From a virus (lineage: Duplodnaviria; Caudoviricetes): a stretch of 35,679 nucleotides of DNA. The notes under the pieces are model-generated. The model saw nothing but the letters and a program-made list of their open reading frames with translations, did no database searches and was not told the origin of the DNA. The stretch spans positions 1-35,679 of the IMG/VR virus record IMGVR_UViG_3300044216_004308; one strand, 5' to 3'. Position 1 is the stretch's first letter. Each line of letters starts with the position of its first letter. This document shows positions 8,850 to 16,215 of the stretch, one piece after another. The position numbers and the translations under genes were made by a program.

Positions 8850-10550
8850 TTATTCGTCATCATCTGATACTAAGTCACCTTCAGCGCCTGAGATTGGTGA
8901 ATCTCCTGACTCTGTATCTGCACCTTCGGTATCAGTTTCATCAAATTCAGGTTCAGCACCACCTTCAAAGTCTCCTCCAGGAATAGATGCACCTACTGAT
9001 TTAAGACCATCTTGTCCTTCAGGATCACCGGTACCTTTTTCTTCGGACCAAAGTTTTTCATTTTCTAATATTTCTTCATCTGTTAGACCCAAGAAACGTT
9101 TCATTGCAAAACGTTTACTTACATATTCAGCACCTTCGATAGCAGTGAATACATTCATCATTACTTGGTCTACCTCTGCTTGACGATACTTACCAAAGTT
9201 TTGCGGAGGATTAAATACTAAATCAAATAAAGAACTTTCGATAGTAACGCCTCTGTGTTTTAAAAACATTTTAAATTCTCTATCCATTTCCTCAGCAACA
9301 ATCTTTTGTAATCTTTCACAGAATTTTGTAAATCTGAATTCTTGAATAAATGCAGTTCCTACACGACCATCATTGTAACCGTTACCATCACTATCTAAAC
9401 TACCTAGATAACTTGGCGGTACTCTTAGACCACGCATTAACTTATCATTGAAATATTTTAAGTCATCAATCTGACCTAAGTTCTCACCACCTGGTAATGT
9501 TTCAACTTTAGAACCACGACCTTCAGCCGTTTGAGCAAAGAAATAATCTTCCATAATTGATAGTGGATTATATGCACTATCTGTAATGTTTTGACCACCA
9601 CCTGTTTTTGAAGGTATACGTCTTTGATGAATATCATTTTTGATACGTTCTAAATGGGCACGTGCTTTATGTGTTGGCATATTACCAACGTCAATATAAA
9701 ATACTCTACGTTCTGGTGCCCTTTGTACACGATAAATTAAGATTGCATCTTCCAGTAATTCTTTTTGTTTATAGACCTTAAATACAGGTTCTAAAACTGA
9801 ATTACCAAATGGCCAGAAGCCATCAATGCCTTCACTTAATGAAATGTGTACTACGTGTTTTGCATCAACTGGAGTTGATGTTTGCTCTGAAACATATCTA
9901 GTTCCTCCTACAGAACCAGCGGCATATCCTTGAGTTGTATTTGCGTTGACATTAGGATTATTAGGATATCCTGCTGATGAATGTAAGAGTTTGTTCTCGT
10001 CTGCGGTTACATTTAAACTTTGTAGATTGACATCCATATCTTTAATATAATATGCCTCAATCTTTTTTCCTTTACCTTCGTTAACAATAACTTTTTCGAT
10101 TTTTGCAGGATCTACCCAAAACAATTTATATGTTTCTGGATCACGTACAAAAACTTGGTCACCATATTTTACTGCGTTTCTAAAAATTCTAAAAATACGT
10201 TTGTGTAAATCATTTAAGTTACACCATTGTCTTAGAGATTTTTGAATGATATCATTTTCAGTATCAGTTGCCTCTTCTTGGTATTCTACTTCGAAAGGTA
10301 ATTTTGTATATTGATTTTTTAGTGTAGAGAATTCTGCAATAGTATCTAATGCAGTGTTCACTTCACTATCTAGATCCATTTGGTCATACTGTCCATATCG
10401 TTGAACACGATTAGGTTGTCCTTGATAGACTTCTGGTAGCCAACTGGAATATCTTTTTGTATCTGCATCCGCGGTTACACCTGTACCAGTGGATACTGGC
10501 ATCTTTTCAGGCATTCCATCGTATGTCTTAAAGTATTTTTTCCAACTCAT
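8850..10550 (-). CDS. gp20: Portal vertex protein (gp20)
   Basis: LLEDAILIYRVQRAPERRVFYIDVGNMP, EDYFF, GRGSKVETLPGGENLGQIDDLKYF, LRVPPS, EFRFTKFCERLQ. Confidence 0.96.
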   Translation of the reverse strand: MSWKKYFKTYDGMPEKMPVSTGTGVTADADTKRYSSWLPEVYQGQPNRVQRYGQYDQMDLDSEVNTALDTIAEFSTLKNQYTKLPFEVEYQEEATDTENDIIQKSLRQWCNLNDLHKRIFRIFRNAVKYGDQVFVRDPETYKLFWVDPAKIEKVIVNEGKGKKIEAYYIKDMDVNLQSLNVTADENKLLHSSAGYPNNPNVNANTTQGYAAGSVGGTRYVSEQTSTPVDAKHVVHISLSEGIDGFWPFGNSVLEPVFKVYKQKELLEDAILIYRVQRAPERRVFYIDVGNMPTHKARAHLERIKNDIHQRRIPSKTGGGQNITDSAYNPLSIMEDYFFAQTAEGRGSKVETLPGGENLGQIDDLKYFNDKLMRGLRVPPSYLGSLDSDGNGYNDGRVGTAFIQEFRFTKFCERLQKIVAEEMDREFKMFLKHRGVTIESSLFDLVFNPPQNFGKYRQAEVDQVMMNVFTAIEGAEYVSKRFAMKRFLGLTDEEILENEKLWSEEKGTGDPEGQDGLKSVGASIPGGDFEGGAEPEFDETDTEGADTESGDSPISGAEGDLVSDDDE

Positions 10551-10569
10551 TTTTTAATCCTATGCTCCT

Positions 10570-10598
10570 ATAGTATCACGTTTTAGACCCGGTGTCAA
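10570..10598 (-). promoter_or_regulatory. Sigma70-type promoter upstream of portal
   Basis: TTGACA-N17-TACTAT with extended -10 TG. Confidence 0.6.
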
Positions 10599-10606
10599 CC
10601 TCAATC

Positions 10607-12916
10607 TTACTGATCCCTAATTTCCTTTATTAATTGTTCTATTGTACTAATTAATCTATTCTTATCTGCAACATTTTCTTGTTCTCTTAATGCTCTATTT
10701 TCATCACTTATTCCAAAGAAAGGATTGTCTTTAAATGATGTATCTAATTGATTTATCGCATCCAATAGTTTTTGTAGTTTGTCTTGGGATCCTTCAGCAT
10801 TGAATTGATCCGTAGTTTTTATGGCTTCTAATGCCCTTAAAAATTCTTCTTGATTAAAGTTTTGATTTTTATTAAATGTATCAAACCCTATTAATTCTGC
10901 TATTTTTTTGGCTTCCTCATCTACATTTGTACCATCACCTCTTAATACTGATGCAATTTCGTCAAACATACTTTCTGCATCATTATCATAAAAGCCACCA
11001 AAAGAAAAAGCACCTGTATTTTCAAGAGATTCTCTACCACCTTGAATGCTTAATGTCTTTTCTTTTTGTTCTAAATTTTTTTCTTCTGAGACATTACTTT
11101 CACCTGCCTCTGTCATTTGATTACCTACTACTGTATCTTTTGCACCTGTTACATTTAATATTCCTGAAGTTGCTGAATTTACACCACCTGATGCAACATT
11201 AAGAATATCCATTCCAAAGTTTGCTAGACCCATTAAAGACTCTCTAACAAATCCTGCCGCCCTTGTTATACCTGCCGCCGCCGGTGCTAAATCATTTCCA
11301 AATTCTTCAAAGTTACCAATTAATTTTGCAGTTTGAGTATTGAAGCCTTCTAAATTATCTGAAAACGCTTCCATTTGTGTATTAACTAATCCTTCTACTG
11401 CTACAACTGATTGTCTTTGAAGTTCATCTTTTGTAACTTGTGCCATATCTGCATCTGTAAGTTCTTGTTCGCCTTGAGTTATACCACTTATAGTTTGTCG
11501 GAATTGTTCAATTTCACTAAATATTTTTAATAGTTCTGGTGAAGTCGTTGTCATCATAGCCCTGGTTGCTGAATTGTTTTCATTGGAATCGACCATTTGA
11601 GCGGCTCCTGACATAAATGTTTCTACTGCCTTCTGAACATCACCTCCGTTATCAGCAACCATACCTACTTGTTCAATAAGTCTGACTAGTTCAGCACCTT
11701 GTCCTGTTTGCATTAATTGGGCTCTTTCTTGTGAAAGCATAAAGCCTTCTCCGCCCATAGCAATTCTTTTTATAATTGCCTCTCCTAATGCACTACCATC
11801 ATTAAGACCTACATTTGCCAAAGCACCTATTGTTTGTTGTTTTTTCTGGTCGTCTAATAATGCCAAGAAACCTGCAACATCATCTCTTTGAAATCTATCG
11901 GAAATCATTTTTGCAGATTCTTCTAAACTAATCTTTAATACGTTTGACGTAGCTTGAACTCCGTCCATAAAGTCTTCCATGCCTTGTTGCATTTGTCGTT
12001 CATTAAGCGAACCTAACATATTCGCCGCTCTTAATGAATCAAGATATTCACCTGACATGATACTGACTTGTCTAAAGTCCATACCAAATCTAGCCATCAT
12101 ACCTAATGCCTTTTCTCCATTTTCAAGTTCTCTGTCAAATGCCATTGCATTAACAAACTTCATGGATGCTTCGACACCATTGATACCAACTGCCCTTGCA
12201 AATGTTTTAGTAAATTCTGCCGCTTGTCCTAATGTGAAATTATTTTCTCTAACTGCCTCTGCAAAGCCAACTAAACCTGATGATGCACTATCCAAACCTG
12301 CAAATAAACCTGTTTGTCTAATTTCGTTTGCAAGATTAAATCTATCTTCGAATGCTTGTCCTAAGAATGCATTGAAACCTTCAGCCGCAACTGTAACACC
12401 TGCTAGACCTTTGATAGTTTTTTGAAAGGGATCTCCTAATGCACTTGAGTCTTGTGTACCTTTAGTGACCATATCCATTTTTGCTTGAAATCTTGCATTT
12501 ACTGGATCTACTTTACCGCCCAATTCATATTTTTTCGTTAGAGCATCTTCTAACGATTGGGCTCTTTTAGCATTATATTGTTCTGTTAGTTGCTCATGTC
12601 TTATTAAATCTTGTATGCCTTTGTATATATTGCTGAATATACCTCTTGATGTCTTTTCTTCTTGTATCTGAGATTTAGTTACTTCTGTTAGTTTTTGTGT
12701 TGCTTTTTGATTTGCTCTTTCATTTGCTACAGTTTCACGTAATACTTTTACAGTTTCGGCATTTCCTTTTGCTACATTATCGATTCTTTTACTAACATCT
12801 GAGGTTAGAATATTTTCTTTAGCTAGTATGGCTTTTATCTCTGCAAGAGTTTTTTCCGTGGACCATTGCGGTACTCCAGGACCTAAACCATTAATAAAAA
12901 CTTCGCCTTCAGCCAT
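10607..12916 (-). CDS. Probable tail tape measure protein
   Basis: 769 aa, Ala/Gly/Gln/Met-rich, apparently helical; late promoter at 13002-13009; next to the gp26-like gene. Positional and compositional inference only. Confidence 0.55.
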   Translation of the reverse strand: MAEGEVFINGLGPGVPQWSTEKTLAEIKAILAKENILTSDVSKRIDNVAKGNAETVKVLRETVANERANQKATQKLTEVTKSQIQEEKTSRGIFSNIYKGIQDLIRHEQLTEQYNAKRAQSLEDALTKKYELGGKVDPVNARFQAKMDMVTKGTQDSSALGDPFQKTIKGLAGVTVAAEGFNAFLGQAFEDRFNLANEIRQTGLFAGLDSASSGLVGFAEAVRENNFTLGQAAEFTKTFARAVGINGVEASMKFVNAMAFDRELENGEKALGMMARFGMDFRQVSIMSGEYLDSLRAANMLGSLNERQMQQGMEDFMDGVQATSNVLKISLEESAKMISDRFQRDDVAGFLALLDDQKKQQTIGALANVGLNDGSALGEAIIKRIAMGGEGFMLSQERAQLMQTGQGAELVRLIEQVGMVADNGGDVQKAVETFMSGAAQMVDSNENNSATRAMMTTTSPELLKIFSEIEQFRQTISGITQGEQELTDADMAQVTKDELQRQSVVAVEGLVNTQMEAFSDNLEGFNTQTAKLIGNFEEFGNDLAPAAAGITRAAGFVRESLMGLANFGMDILNVASGGVNSATSGILNVTGAKDTVVGNQMTEAGESNVSEEKNLEQKEKTLSIQGGRESLENTGAFSFGGFYDNDAESMFDEIASVLRGDGTNVDEEAKKIAELIGFDTFNKNQNFNQEEFLRALEAIKTTDQFNAEGSQDKLQKLLDAINQLDTSFKDNPFFGISDENRALREQENVADKNRLISTIEQLIKEIRDQ

Positions 12917-12928
12917 TAAATTTCTCTC

Positions 12929-12957
12929 TTGACAAGTTAAACTTCGTAGTTTATAAT
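12929..12957 (+). promoter_or_regulatory. Perfect consensus sigma70 promoter
   Basis: TTGACA-agttaaacttcgtagtt (17 nt)-TATAAT, 70 nt upstream of the gp26-like gene. Confidence 0.8.
12939..12952. promoter_or_regulatory. Palindromic operator-like site, copy 1 (AAACTTCGtAGTTT)
   Basis: One mismatch from the perfect palindrome AAACTTCGAAGTTT; related copies at 20560 and 32539. Confidence 0.55.
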
Positions 12958-13001
12958 ACTACTAAATATACGTATATAACCACTTAGTAATTTATATAAG
13001 T

Positions 13002-13009
13002 GTATTTAT
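13002..13009 (-). promoter_or_regulatory. Late promoter for the tape-measure-like gene
   Basis: TGATAAATAC on the minus strand. Confidence 0.6.
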
Positions 13010-13027
13010 CAAATCAAGGAATTAATA

Positions 13028-13873
13028 ATGCAAGAGAATCCGCTAACTAAATATTTTAGAAAGCCGGCAATTTACGTAAGTTTGCCTACTAAAGGAAGGT
13101 TTAATCCTGAAATAGAACAAACTGTTATTGATGAAGTAGGCGTCATGCCTATGACCGCTATTGATGAAATAACTTTAAGAAATCCTGACTCACTATTAAA
13201 TGGTGAAGCCATGATTAGCTTATTTAAAAGTTGTTGTCCTTCAATACCTAATCCTAGAAACCTATGCAATATTGATGCTGAGGCGTTGTTTTTAGCAGTA
13301 CAATATGCTACATATGGAAAAGAAATCACACATACTCACAAATGTAGTAAATGCGGTGAGCCAAGTGATTTTAGTATCGATATAAACTTTATATTGAACA
13401 AATTTCCAGATATAGAAAAAATAGAACCAATAATTTATGAAGACTTAGAGATACATATTAAACCTCCAAGTTTAGAAAGTGTAACACGGGTTGCTCTCAT
13501 TCAGCTAGAAGAACAAAGAATTGTTCAGAATATCAAAACACAAAGTAAAGATGATGCTGATGAGTTAGAACTTGCCAAACGTTTTTATTCAAGTTTTGAA
13601 CGTGTTGCTAGACATAACGTAGATTTATTGGCTGAAACAGTTTCTAAGCTAGTTACAAAAGATGCTGAAATTACAGATAAAAATCAAATTACTGAATTTT
13701 TATCAAATATACCAGCACAAATTGTAACTAAAATCAATAAGTCAGTAGAGCAAATCACTAGAAAACCAGATGATATCAACTCGTTTAAGTTTGTCTGTCC
13801 ACAAGAATCATGTGGGCATGAAGAAACAATTAAGCTGGAGATGAACCCTGTAAATTTTTCAGAAGCTGGTTAG
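13028..13873 (+). CDS. Baseplate hub assembly / tail chaperone protein (T4 gp26-like)
   Basis: NPL..YFRKP.IYVSLPTKG, PMTAIDE, DAEALFLAV..ATYG and two Cys pairs (CSKC, CPQESC); C-terminal PVNF. Confidence 0.75.
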   Translation: MQENPLTKYFRKPAIYVSLPTKGRFNPEIEQTVIDEVGVMPMTAIDEITLRNPDSLLNGEAMISLFKSCCPSIPNPRNLCNIDAEALFLAVQYATYGKEITHTHKCSKCGEPSDFSIDINFILNKFPDIEKIEPIIYEDLEIHIKPPSLESVTRVALIQLEEQRIVQNIKTQSKDDADELELAKRFYSSFERVARHNVDLLAETVSKLVTKDAEITDKNQITEFLSNIPAQIVTKINKSVEQITRKPDDINSFKFVCPQESCGHEETIKLEMNPVNFSEAG

Positions 13874-14091
13874 CAACCGCCAGCGGTGAAGATATTGTAG
13901 AAAAAACAAAAAAGTTTGAAAAAGAACTTGACAAGGTACATAAAAATCTGCTAGAATTAAGTTGGTATATGAGAGGTGGGGTTACGATTCGTGACTTACA
14001 CGATATGCCAGTAGGACATATTAAGTATATCAATGAGATAATTGAGAAAAACTTTGATATGAGTAAAAAGGCAGGAATGCCAATACTATAA
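13858..14091 (+). CDS. gp51-like ORF in the -1 frame, probable frameshift extension of the gp26-like gene (not in the ORF track)
   Basis: Frame open 13834-14091: FRSWLATASGEDIVEKTKKFEKELDKVHKNLLELSWYMRGGVTIRDLHDMPVGHIKYINEIIEKNFDMSKKAGMPIL. First ATG only at 13969; slippery heptamer at 13852-13858. Confidence 0.7.
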   Translation, partial: FRSWLATASGEDIVEKTKKFEKELDKVHKNLLELSWYMRGGVTIRDLHDMPVGHIKYINEIIEKNFDMSKKAGMPIL

Positions 14092-14119
14092 CTAATACAA
14101 CTAATAAAATCTAATATAT

Positions 14120-14590
14120 AACTCGGCGAATAGGAACAGGGAATGACTAATATCTCAGCATACATAGTGGAATCGTTTGTCGGGTCGCCGACACGGGATT
14201 GAGATTGCAAATATAAAGTTTGCCGTCGGACTAGTCAGGATGAATTCTGACATTCTTCTCGTAAACCACAAAGAGTATTCATAATCATAAAACAGCCATG
14301 GTTCCCTAAAGGACATGGTTGACTAGTAATAATATTACCGATGATAGGTTTTTATAACACTATCTGCTTTTTATAGTTTCTATCTATGTGGATTATAAAA
14401 AGTGCCGTTGGATCGAAAGATGCAATACTAAGTTAAGGAGGGATCGCCAACCGACTCCGTCGTAACTAGCGACTAACTTAGACATAGAGGCGATGAGCAA
14501 GGGACAGATAAGACAAGATATTTCTGTACAGCCGTTTTTTAATTGTCCTGGCAACAGGGCAATTATGGCTTCTTCACGGGACAGAGACTA
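14120..14590 (+). ncRNA. Candidate large structured non-coding RNA of unknown class
   Basis: ORF-free and richer in GC than its flanks; at least 9 stems with G-U pairs and GNRA loops on the + strand. Boundaries are approximate. Confidence 0.65.
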
Positions 14591-14596
14591 ATACTA

Positions 14597-14625
14597 TTGA
14601 CATATACCTATTAATGATATATACT
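14597..14625 (+). promoter_or_regulatory. Sigma70-type promoter for the resolvase gene
   Basis: TTGACA-N17-TATACT. Confidence 0.65.
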
Positions 14626-14719
14626 TATAAACAAATACCGAATTAATTCGAAAGAGCAAAGCGATTGAGAATTAAGAGGGATTAGGTCTTTAGACCTTTA
14701 ATGATGGAAAATAGAATTT

Positions 14720-15250
14720 ATGCCAAGCAAAAGTAAAGCAAAAGGTAGTAGCTATGAAAGAGATTTAGCTAAGTTCCTAAGTGAGAAATACAATGGTAGC
14801 TTTGTACGTGTACCTAATAGTGGTGCATATATAGGTGGTAGTAATTTTCATAGAGCAACTAATTTAAGTGAAGGACAAGTAAGAGGTTTTAAAGGAGATA
14901 TTATACCTCCTGATAACTGGAAGTATTTTAATTGTGAATGCAAAAATTATGCTGATTTTCCTTTTCACCATTTTCTACATAATAAAAAAATTCCTCTTTT
15001 AGAAGGTTGGATAAATCAAACTATGGAAATCGCAGAAGAAGGCGATGTGAATATTCTTTTTATGAAGTTTAGTCGTAAGGGAACTTACGTAGCATTTCAA
15101 GAAATACTATTGAACAAAGGCTGGAGAAGCCCTATTCATGTAAAATATAATTCTGAGAAATATGGAACTTGGATAGTTTTAAGTACAGAAGAATTTTGGT
15201 TATACAATACTGAAAGATTTGAATATCATTGTATCGATGGTATTAAATAA
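14720..15250 (+). CDS. Holliday junction resolvase-like PD-(D/E)xK nuclease
   Basis: SKAKGSSYERDLA, RVPNSGA, GDII and ECKNY motifs of Hjc-type phage resolvases. Confidence 0.8.
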   Translation: MPSKSKAKGSSYERDLAKFLSEKYNGSFVRVPNSGAYIGGSNFHRATNLSEGQVRGFKGDIIPPDNWKYFNCECKNYADFPFHHFLHNKKIPLLEGWINQTMEIAEEGDVNILFMKFSRKGTYVAFQEILLNKGWRSPIHVKYNSEKYGTWIVLSTEEFWLYNTERFEYHCIDGIK

Positions 15251-15371
15251 ACCAAGCAATCAATAAACCCATAACAAGACCTTTGGTCCAGGCAATCCAC
15301 GCAAGACCATAAGCATCAACATTGAATTTCTTTTGCCAGTATTCAGTTTGTTTTCTATGCCATTTAATCAT
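15243..15371 (-). CDS. Small Trp-rich membrane protein, 42 aa (not in the ORF track)
   Basis: MIKWHRKQTEYWQKKFNVDAYGLAWIAWTKGLVMGLLIAWFI; GGAGGAG SD; overlaps the stop of the upstream ORF. Confidence 0.7.
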   Translation of the reverse strand: MIKWHRKQTEYWQKKFNVDAYGLAWIAWTKGLVMGLLIAWFI

Positions 15372-15591
15372 CTTTATCTCCTCCGGTAACATTACAAAGA
15401 ATCTTATAGCCATCATAATAGCTAGGCATCTTTCCAGTTAGAAAAGCCCATTCAATGTATTCTTCTGCGGCCAGTTTCTTTTGTTCGCACACTTCAAGAG
15501 ACTCAACTTCGTGTGGAGCCCAACCTTTTTGTGTAGGATAAATTTCTGTACCATTAGATAGAATAAAAATTATCACCATAAATACTTTCAT
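15364..15591 (-). CDS. Hypothetical protein with hydrophobic N-terminus
   Basis: 75-aa ORF; ATAAATA directly precedes the start, so it may be a near-leaderless late transcript. Confidence 0.6.
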   Translation of the reverse strand: MKVFMVIIFILSNGTEIYPTQKGWAPHEVESLEVCEQKKLAAEEYIEWAFLTGKMPSYYDGYKILCNVTGGDKDD

Positions 15592-15617
15592 ACAAATATT
15601 TATGGAAAAAATACATC

Positions 15618-15639
15618 AACTTAACAACGTTGTTAAGTT
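15618..15639. repeat. Perfect 22-bp palindrome
   Basis: AACTTAACAACGTTGTTAAGTT, intergenic. Confidence 0.85.
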
Positions 15640-15650
15640 AAACACTTACT

Positions 15651-15821
15651 TTATTTTGATTTAGGATTTTTCTTTCTACGAAATTTATAGTTCATTTGTC
15701 CTTCATCTGTAACAGCACCTTCAGGACATTGTTCTATTTTGCCACCTTTTTTAAGATATTCTTGTATCTGTTTTTCTAGGGCAATTTTTTCTAGTTTCTT
15801 TTGTTCGCTTCTTTTATCCAT
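15651..15821 (-). CDS. SutA-like RNA-polymerase-binding small protein, 56 aa (not in the ORF track)
   Basis: MDKRSEQKKLEKIALEKQIQEYLKKGGKIEQCPEGAVTDEGQMNYKFRRKKNPKSK; GAGG SD. L..QI.EYL..GGKI resembles the SutA core (A..EFL.RGGKV). Confidence 0.6.
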   Translation of the reverse strand: MDKRSEQKKLEKIALEKQIQEYLKKGGKIEQCPEGAVTDEGQMNYKFRRKKNPKSK

Positions 15822-15833
15822 TTGAACCTCTTA

Positions 15834-15861
15834 AAAATAGCCGGGAAATTAATCCCGGCTA
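15834..15861 (-). terminator. Rho-independent terminator
   Basis: Minus strand TAGCCGGGA-TTAATT-TCCCGGCTA-TTTTT. Confidence 0.8.
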
Positions 15862-15940
15862 TACTCGCTCTCGTATGAGAATACTAAAGATGCCTAGCTA
15901 GATGAGAGAGGTTGAGAGGAGACACTTGACATCTTTAATA
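15834..15940 (-). ncRNA. Candidate small regulatory RNA with anti-SD loop
   Basis: Lies between a sigma70 promoter (15946-15974) and a terminator. Stem UAAAGAUGUC/GGCAUCUUUA encloses CUCCUCUC and CCUCUCUC. Confidence 0.55.
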
Positions 15941-15945
15941 GTTTA

Positions 15946-15974
15946 ATAATAACAAATACCGAATAGAAAGTCAA
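15946..15974 (-). promoter_or_regulatory. Sigma70-type promoter
   Basis: TTGACT-N17-TATTAT with extended -10 TG and an A-rich UP element. Confidence 0.65.
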
Positions 15975-15996
15975 CACCTTTTTTAAACTTTTTTTA

Positions 15997-16206
15997 TTAT
16001 TCTAACCCCATGTTGCTTTTATATTCTTCAAATAATTCTGGATCTGGATTAGACTTACCTCCAGTTCCATCTACACCAAAGTTACAACTTGCTACAAAGA
16101 GCAAACCTGCAACACAGGCATATGAAAAGAATTTTAAGAATTTTAGAAATAAGCCATAGGCTTCTTTTGCCTGCTCTTCGGCAATTTTTTTAACATCGTC
16201 AGACAT
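15997..16206 (-). CDS. Small single-pass membrane protein
   Basis: 69 aa, AAGGA SD, hydrophobic stretch FFSYACVAGLLFVASC. Confidence 0.65.
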   Translation of the reverse strand: MSDDVKKIAEEQAKEAYGLFLKFLKFFSYACVAGLLFVASCNFGVDGTGGKSNPDPELFEEYKSNMGLE

Positions 16207-16215
16207 GATAGTTCC

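Noticed and set aside
1579-12425. Many + strand ORFs (e.g. 3799-4221, 4919-5272, 6268-6798, 7417-8085, 8110-8562, 11979-12425)
   Set aside because: Ser/Phe-rich mirror frames opposite well-supported structural genes; no SD or motifs.
13830-14210. 126-aa minus-strand ORF
   Set aside because: Antisense to the gp51-like frame and the structured RNA; no convincing SD or protein-like features.
14120-14590. tmRNA, RNase P, group I/II intron or retron msr-msd identity for the structured region
   Set aside because: No tRNA-like ends or tag ORF, no GAGGAAAGUCC, no clear P7 or domain V motifs, no interrupted gene, and no reverse transcriptase in the window. A covariance-model search is still needed to exclude these formally.
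15997-16206. Cytochrome oxidase subunit IV-like or spanin identity
   Set aside because: Resemblance is limited to a short helix plus a membrane segment; cannot be supported without a profile search.
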